Source of the DNA: an uncultured Lachnospiraceae bacterium
Lineage (GTDB): Bacteria > Bacillota > Clostridia > Lachnospirales > Lachnospiraceae
Direction: 5' to 3'
Assembly: GCA_910583835.1 (NCBI GenBank)
Contig: CAJTYM010000022.1
Coordinates: 26 to 64,025 of the forward strand
Length of the DNA stretch: 64,000 bases
This document shows positions 58,054 to 64,000 of this stretch, piece after piece. The notes under the pieces were generated by a model. It ran no database searches. It had not been told where the DNA came from and saw only the letters and a list, made by a program, of their open reading frames with translations. Made by a program: the position numbers and the translations under genes. Within the stretch, counting starts at the first letter, position 1, and each line of letters opens with the position of its first letter.

Positions 58054-59325
58054 TTGGACTCAGGTGAAGCCATTCAACTATTGGTTGTCGTTATCTTACT
58101 GTTTTTATCAGCATTTTTCTCCTCTGCGGAGACAGCTCTGACCACTTTCAACAGGATTCGCATTAAGAGCCTTGCCGATGAGGGCGACAAGCGCGCCAAA
58201 CGCGTGCTTGAGGTTACCAGTGATTCCGGCAAAATGCTCAGCGCCATACTGATTGGCAACAATGTTGTGAACCTGTCCGCATCTTCCCTGGCAACCGCAC
58301 TTGCCATACAGATTTTCGGCAATGCCGGAGCCGGGATTGCCACCGGAGCCCTCACGGTCCTCGTGTTGATTTTCGGTGAAATTTCCCCCAAAACGCTTGC
58401 CACCATCCATGCAGATAAGATTGCACTCTCCTATGCCGGTCTTATCCGGATGCTTATGAAGGTCCTGACGCCTGTGATTTTTATTATCAACAAATTGTCG
58501 ATGGGCTTTTTGATACTGCTCAGAGTCAATGTGGCAGATGGGCAGAACGCCCTCACAGAAGCGGAGCTGCGGACGATTATGGATGTCGGGCACAAAGAAG
58601 GCGTGATTGAGCCGGAAGAACACATGATGATCAATAACGTGTTTGACTTCGGAGATTCCCAAGCGAAAGAAATCATGGTTCCCCGCATCGACATGACATT
58701 TGCCGACATCAACAGCAGCTATGAGGAACTGATTAATATCTTCCGCACAGATAAATTTACGCGTCTCCCAATTTACGAGGAGTCCACGGACAATGTCATC
58801 GGCACAGTCAACATGAAAGACCTGCTGCTCTATGAGAACCGGGAGAATTTTTCCGTGCGGGATATATTGCGCAAACCGTTTTACACTTATGAACACAAAA
58901 AGACCATCGACCTTTTAATTGAGATGAAAAAATCGTCTTTCAATATTGCCATTGTATTGGATGAATACGGCGTCACCGCCGGTCTGATTACGCTGGAAGA
59001 CATTCTGGAGGAAATCGTTGGGGAAATCCGCGATGAATACGATATGGACGAGGAAGACCCCATCCAGAAGCTGGGAGAGCGGGAATACCTGGTACAGGGT
59101 ACGATGAACTTAGAGGACTTGTGCAATCTGCTGGGCTTATCTCTTTCCTCGGAAGATTACGATACAGTAGGCGGTTACATGATTGAATTGTTAGACCACC
59201 TGCCCGAGCCTGGGGAATCCATTATTACGCCTGAGAACGTCTACCTGCGTGTGGAAGACACCGATAAGAACCGTATCAACAAATTATTCCTGCGACTTCC
59301 CGGGCAAGAAGAAAACGGGGATTGA
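58054..59325 (+). CDS. HlyC/CorC (CNNM-CBS-CorC) family transporter
   Basis: SAFFSSAETA, ILIGNN, GEISPK, CBS pair and TLEDILEEIVGEI. Confidence 0.92.
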   Translation: MDSGEAIQLLVVVILLFLSAFFSSAETALTTFNRIRIKSLADEGDKRAKRVLEVTSDSGKMLSAILIGNNVVNLSASSLATALAIQIFGNAGAGIATGALTVLVLIFGEISPKTLATIHADKIALSYAGLIRMLMKVLTPVIFIINKLSMGFLILLRVNVADGQNALTEAELRTIMDVGHKEGVIEPEEHMMINNVFDFGDSQAKEIMVPRIDMTFADINSSYEELINIFRTDKFTRLPIYEESTDNVIGTVNMKDLLLYENRENFSVRDILRKPFYTYEHKKTIDLLIEMKKSSFNIAIVLDEYGVTAGLITLEDILEEIVGEIRDEYDMDEEDPIQKLGEREYLVQGTMNLEDLCNLLGLSLSSEDYDTVGGYMIELLDHLPEPGESIITPENVYLRVEDTDKNRINKLFLRLPGQEENGD

Positions 59326-59337
59326 AAAAAGAGAAAT

Positions 59338-59369
59338 AAGGGAGGAGGCCCCCGAAAGAGCCTCCTCTT
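59338..59369. terminator. Hairpin between convergent corC-like and glgP genes
   Basis: GAGGAGGC...GCCTCCTC stem. Confidence 0.55.
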
Positions 59370-59387
59370 GCACATCTTTGTTTCTTC

Positions 59388-61658
59388 TTATAATTTCCAA
59401 ATATCTTTATTGTATTCTGCAATTGTCCTGTCGGAAGAGAAAAATCCTGCTTTCGCCGTGTTGACCAACATCTTCTTTGCCCACGCTTCACGGTCTTCAT
59501 AATCTTTATAGATTTCCTCTTTCTTGGCCGCGTAATCTTTATAATCCAGCAGCGTCATAAACCAGTCTTTGTTGAGCAGCTCTTTGTACAGACGCTCTAA
59601 GTTCTCTTTCTGCCCTACTTTCAGCATCTCATCACTGACGATAAAGTCTACTGCCTCCTTGATATCCTCGTCTTCCTCATAGTAATCCTTAGAGACATAA
59701 TCTGCTTTCTCATAATGCTCGATAACCGTATCGGAACTCTCGCCGAAAATATAAATATTCTCTTTGCCCACAAGGTCTGCAATTTCCACGTTAGCCCCAT
59801 CCATAGTTCCCAATGTGACTGCGCCGTTGAGCATGAACTTCATGTTGCCGGTTCCCGAGGCCTCCTTGCTTGCCAGGGAAATCTGTTCTGAGATATCACA
59901 AGCGGGAATCAGTTTTTCCGCCTTTGTCACATTGTAGTTTTCCACCATGACCACTTTCAGATATGGGCTCACCTTGGGGTCATTATTGATAATCTCCTGC
60001 AGGCAAAGGATCAGATGGATAATGTCTTTGGCAATCACATATGCCGGAGCAGCTTTGGCGCCGAAGATAACTGTAATTGGTGTGGAAACTCTCTTGCCTT
60101 TCTTAATCTCCAGATATTTATGGATGACATACAGGGCGTTCATCTGCTGGCGTTTGTACTCATGGAGACGCTTAATCTGGATATCGAAAATGGAATTTTC
60201 GTCAATCTCCACACCCTGGGTAGCCTTGAGGTATGCGGCAAGGGCACGTTTATTGTCCTTTTTAATCTCCAGCAGCTTGTTCAGCACTTTTTCATCATCT
60301 GCAAATTTGAGCAGCTTCTCCAATTCATCCGCATCCTTGTGCCAGCCTTTTCCAATCACCTCGTCCAGATAATGGCTCAGCCCTTTATTGCAATGCATCA
60401 GCCAACGGCGGAAGGTGATGCCGTTTGTCTTATTATTGAATTTATCAGGGTAAATTTTATAAAAATTATTTAATTCATTTTTCTTTAATATCTCCGTGTG
60501 CAGGTATGCCACTCCATTGACGCTGTAGCCATAGTGGATATCCATATGCGCCATATGCACACGGTCTGTATCGTCAATGATAGCAACCGAGGCGTCATCA
60601 TATTTTTCTTTGACCATCGTATCAAGTTCCCGGATAATCGGCATTAGCTGCGGCACTACTTTATTGAGATAGTCCATCGGCCACTTCTCCAACGCCTCGG
60701 CAAGAATCGTATGGTTGGTATAAGCACAGGTTTTAGACACAATATCAATTGCCTTTTCCATGCGGATTCCCTTTTCCATCAGCAGACGAATCAGTTCGGG
60801 AATTACCATGCTCGGATGGGTATCATTGATTTGGATGGCCGCATAATCCGGCAAATCATAAAGTTTGCAGCCTTTCTCTTCACATTCCTGCAAAATAAGA
60901 CGTGCGGCATTGCTGACCATGAAATACTGCTGGTACACGCGCAGCCTCCGTCCTGCATCATCGGAGTCATCCGGGTACAAAAAGAGGGTGAGATTCTTGC
61001 AGATATCCTCTTTGTTAAAATCAATGCCATTTTGCACTAAACTCTCATCCACCGTCTCAATATCAAATAAATGCAGTTTGTTCGTGCGGTTATCAAAACC
61101 TGTAACATCCAAGTCATACATCCTGGACTGTACCGTAAACCCGCCAAACTGAATAGGATACGTTACATCTGTCTTTGTCAGCCAGCTTTCCTTCTCTATC
61201 CAGGGATTCTTATTTTCTTTCTGCAGATGATTTTCAAATGTCTGCAGGAACAGGCCAAAATGGTAATTTAGCCCAATTCCGTCCCCATTGAGCCCCAGAG
61301 TTGCCATGGAATCCAAAAAGCAAGCTGCCAGTCTTCCCAGACCGCCATTTCCCAGAGAAGGTTCCGGCTCTATCTCTTCAATCAGGTTGATATCTTTGCC
61401 GTATTGCGCAAGCATTTCTGCCACTTCATCGTAAATTCCCAGGTTAATCAGATTGTTGGACAACAATTTTCCAATCAGGAATTCCGCAGAAATATAGTAG
61501 ATTTTCTTCTTGCCTTTGCTGCTCTCTTTCTCCTGGGCAAGGTCTTTGACAATTCCCAGCAGACCATAATAAATCTGCTCATCTGTACAAGCCGCAATAT
61601 TATTACAGCACTTCTTTTCTAATAACTCTCTAACATTAATGCTCATCTTTTCCTCCAT
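59388..61658 (-). CDS. glgP: Glycogen/maltodextrin phosphorylase
   Basis: [21 protein letters not shown] and [12 protein letters not shown] site. Confidence 0.95.
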   Translation of the reverse strand: MEEKMSINVRELLEKKCCNNIAACTDEQIYYGLLGIVKDLAQEKESSKGKKKIYYISAEFLIGKLLSNNLINLGIYDEVAEMLAQYGKDINLIEEIEPEPSLGNGGLGRLAACFLDSMATLGLNGDGIGLNYHFGLFLQTFENHLQKENKNPWIEKESWLTKTDVTYPIQFGGFTVQSRMYDLDVTGFDNRTNKLHLFDIETVDESLVQNGIDFNKEDICKNLTLFLYPDDSDDAGRRLRVYQQYFMVSNAARLILQECEEKGCKLYDLPDYAAIQINDTHPSMVIPELIRLLMEKGIRMEKAIDIVSKTCAYTNHTILAEALEKWPMDYLNKVVPQLMPIIRELDTMVKEKYDDASVAIIDDTDRVHMAHMDIHYGYSVNGVAYLHTEILKKNELNNFYKIYPDKFNNKTNGITFRRWLMHCNKGLSHYLDEVIGKGWHKDADELEKLLKFADDEKVLNKLLEIKKDNKRALAAYLKATQGVEIDENSIFDIQIKRLHEYKRQQMNALYVIHKYLEIKKGKRVSTPITVIFGAKAAPAYVIAKDIIHLILCLQEIINNDPKVSPYLKVVMVENYNVTKAEKLIPACDISEQISLASKEASGTGNMKFMLNGAVTLGTMDGANVEIADLVGKENIYIFGESSDTVIEHYEKADYVSKDYYEEDEDIKEAVDFIVSDEMLKVGQKENLERLYKELLNKDWFMTLLDYKDYAAKKEEIYKDYEDREAWAKKMLVNTAKAGFFSSDRTIAEYNKDIWKL

Positions 61659-61909
61659 TCTCCTAGGGCGGTCCGCCGAAAGGCATTCTATGCCATATTG
61701 GTTAGCGTTCCCCTTTTCTCCTCTATCTATTCTTATGAATATATTATATGATTTTTTTCCAGAATTTTCTTGCAGTATGATAGCAAAAAATAGTACAATA
61801 CTATCATGTTCAACAGTTCAGAACGCCATAGAAATATAACAATCAGACTGTTCAAATTTATTTGGTAAAGGCTGATTTGTTATATTTCTATGAGGGTGAT
61901 AACCCCTAC

Positions 61910-62130
61910 AGCCGCAGGCAAACGCCTCAGGAGGAGGGCAAATGCGAAGCATAGGAGGAGGGCAAATGCGAAGCATTTCTTGAATGCCCTCCGATGAGCT
62001 GGCAGGTGACGCAAAGCGGCGCGTGCCGCTTCCCGGGAGGAATGCCCTCCGATGACTTGGCAGGTGGCGCTCTGCGACGCGTGCCGATACCCGGGAGGCG
62101 TATGACAGCTTTGCTGGCATGCCTGTGGCT
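61910..62130. repeat. GC-rich structured element: 24-bp tandem x2 and 58-bp tandem x2 inside outer inverted repeats
   Basis: 61929-61952/61953-61976; 61983-62040/62041-62098; outer AGCCGCAGGCA/TGCCTGTGGCT. Confidence 0.8.
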
Positions 62131-62178
62131 TGGGCGTTCTGAATGCAGTCGACCATCCAAACGAAAGGAAAATCCAAG

Positions 62179-63048
62179 ATGAACATCACCGAATACGAAC
62201 GCTCCCAGGAAACAAAACCCCACGGACACGATAATTTCCCCTTCAACATCTATCTATGCAGCATCCCTTTGGATTTTACAGTTGTGCCAACCCACTGGCA
62301 CAATAATATGGAAATCATATACATCAAAAAAGGAAATGGGACCATCACCGTGGATTTGATTCCTTATCAAGTATCCGAAGGCGATATCATTGTCGTGCCG
62401 CCGGGACAGCTTCATTCTATTGAACAGTTTGCCAACTGTTCCATGGAATATGAAAATATTATCTTTAAACTGTCTATGCTGATGGCTCCTCAAGGAGATA
62501 TCTGCACGGAAGAGTTTTTCCAGCCTCTGAAACATGGGAAAGTCCTTCCAGACACACTCTACACGCGGAACTCTTTGCATTACCCTGAGCTATGCCGCTG
62601 CCTGGATTCCATTGACAGTATCTGCCAGGACTTTCTTCCAGGCTACCAGCTTGCCATCAAAGGACAGCTTTTCTCGTTTTTCTATGAACTTTCCAAGTCC
62701 TTTCACAAAGAGTCGTCCCATAGAAACAATAAGTCTCTTGACCGGCTGAAAGGGCTCCTCAAGCATGTGGAGACAAATTACAGGGAAAAAATCTCCATCG
62801 CAGACGCCGCAAGGATTTGCGGTTTCAGCCAGTCACATTTTATGAAATTTTTTAAGGTGAGCATAGGGGTATCTTTTACAGACTATCTGAACGATTACCG
62901 GATTACTATGGCATCCAGGCTTTTAACCTCCTCTTCCGACAGCGTTGTCAACATTGCTGCAGAGACGGGCTTTGAGAATCTTTCCTATTTTAACCGGCTG
63001 TTTAAGAGGAAGTATCAATGTACGCCTACGGAGTTCCGCAGGAAGTAG
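62179..63048 (+). CDS. AraC-family regulator with a cupin sensor domain
   Basis: THWH..MEI...PPGQLH cupin; GFENLSYFNRLFKR..TP.EFR HTH. Confidence 0.93.
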   Translation: MNITEYERSQETKPHGHDNFPFNIYLCSIPLDFTVVPTHWHNNMEIIYIKKGNGTITVDLIPYQVSEGDIIVVPPGQLHSIEQFANCSMEYENIIFKLSMLMAPQGDICTEEFFQPLKHGKVLPDTLYTRNSLHYPELCRCLDSIDSICQDFLPGYQLAIKGQLFSFFYELSKSFHKESSHRNNKSLDRLKGLLKHVETNYREKISIADAARICGFSQSHFMKFFKVSIGVSFTDYLNDYRITMASRLLTSSSDSVVNIAAETGFENLSYFNRLFKRKYQCTPTEFRRK

Positions 63049-63154
63049 GGGTGTGGGGGTATTTCTTCACGAATGTGTCCAACCTTGATTTTGTACTTCT
63101 ATACCCACCACTATAGCCGGATATCCATAAACCAATGTTTACAAGGAACCAACG

Positions 63155-63559
63155 TTACCCATCCATAGCTCCTTCAGAATCTGCTGCTTCATTTTCTTCC
63201 TGTTCTAAAAAGTGGTACATTTGGATTGTCTGCTCACAAAATCCACGAAGCTGCGGAATATCAGAAATAACTGTTTCCCATAAACGCTCAATATCTACTG
63301 CTCCATAATTATGTGCAAATATATTTCTCATTCCCTTAATTGCAGGCCAAAAAATTTCCTTTTTTGTTTCTTCCCGAAAATTCTCTGTCAAATGTCCTGT
63401 CAGTTCCCCAATCTAAAGAAGGCTCATACACACAGAATTACGGTAGTCCTTATCAACATCAAATACAGCTTTATCATTTCCAAATCGCTCAACCGACTCT
63501 GCAATATCTTCACAATATTTTTTGATATGTTCCAAAATATCAATGTTTTTCTTCTTCAT
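63155..63559 (-). pseudogene. HepT/DUF86 HEPN toxin interrupted by an in-frame TAG
   Basis: MKKKNID...CMSLL*IGEL...GMRNIFAHNYG; TAG at 63413-63415 where the family usually has Gln. Confidence 0.85.
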
Positions 63560-63872
63560 AGATTAATCTCTCATCCTCTTTTATACTGCTGCAAAAATTT
63601 TCTGATTTCTCCCTGTTTGCAATATGGTTGAGACTCTCTGTTGTGACCAAATCTACTGGTTTATCCAAAGCATTTGTCAGTTCATGATATAAAGCCCCCA
63701 AACCAAACATACTTTTGAATTTTCCGCCATCAATCCTCAGATCAATATCGCTCTGCCCATCTGCATCACCACGAGCATAAGAGCCAAAAAGATAGGCACG
63801 GCTCACGCCATAATTTTGTAAAATTGGATTTATTATTGCCTGTATTTCATCCAGCGCATAAATTTTATCCAT
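63540..63872 (-). CDS. MntA-type minimal nucleotidyltransferase antitoxin
   Basis: LFGSYARG....SDIDL and VDLVT; overlaps the HEPN start. Confidence 0.9.
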   Translation of the reverse strand: MDKIYALDEIQAIINPILQNYGVSRAYLFGSYARGDADGQSDIDLRIDGGKFKSMFGLGALYHELTNALDKPVDLVTTESLNHIANREKSENFCSSIKEDERLIYEEEKH

Positions 63873-64000
63873 AGCAAAGCCTCCTCTCCAATATCAGTAA
63901 ATCTCTAATACATTTTTAAGCTATGCCCCTTATTGCTGACACAATTATTTTAACACATTACACAAAATATCTCAAATTATCTATTTTATTCATTTTAAAT

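Noticed and set aside
61929..62098. Possible mini-CRISPR or coding ORFs 61818-62249 and 61927-62229
   Set aside because: Head-to-tail duplications without spacers; the ORFs merely translate the repeats and lack RBS or domain features
63413..63415. Pyrrolysine or programmed readthrough of the TAG
   Set aside because: No pyl genes in the window; a single C-to-T change from the expected Gln codon is simpler

Overview
A moderate-GC Firmicute chromosomal window whose gene content and order point to Lachnospiraceae/Clostridia (sigH, smc-ftsY, rnc-acpP-plsX, rpmF-yceD, cysE-cysS-mrnC-rlmB). Positions 1 to about 6360 are the right part of an AT-rich tyrosine-integrase element abutting the 3' end of a tRNA-Leu with the unusual anticodon AAG. 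This element carries a RelE/ParE toxin-antitoxin pair, a frameshifted P-loop ATPase, a zinc-ribbon membrane protein and an XRE regulator, separated by related structured intergenic sites. The rest is mostly housekeeping and metabolic: a PL11 rhamnogalacturonan lyase, an amino-acid ABC transporter, NSS and OPT transporters, feoAAB with a DtxR-family regulator, c-di-GMP enzymes, eda/kdgK and glycogen phosphorylase. Small accessory inserts are a STAND-like ATPase plus TPR pair, an AAA-PD-(D/E)XK gene, a DUF262 plus HEPN cassette flanked by palindromes, a decayed KilA-N island, and an MNT-HEPN toxin-antitoxin pair whose toxin has an internal stop. No CRISPR array or rRNA was seen. All product calls are from motif recognition by eye; no searches were run.
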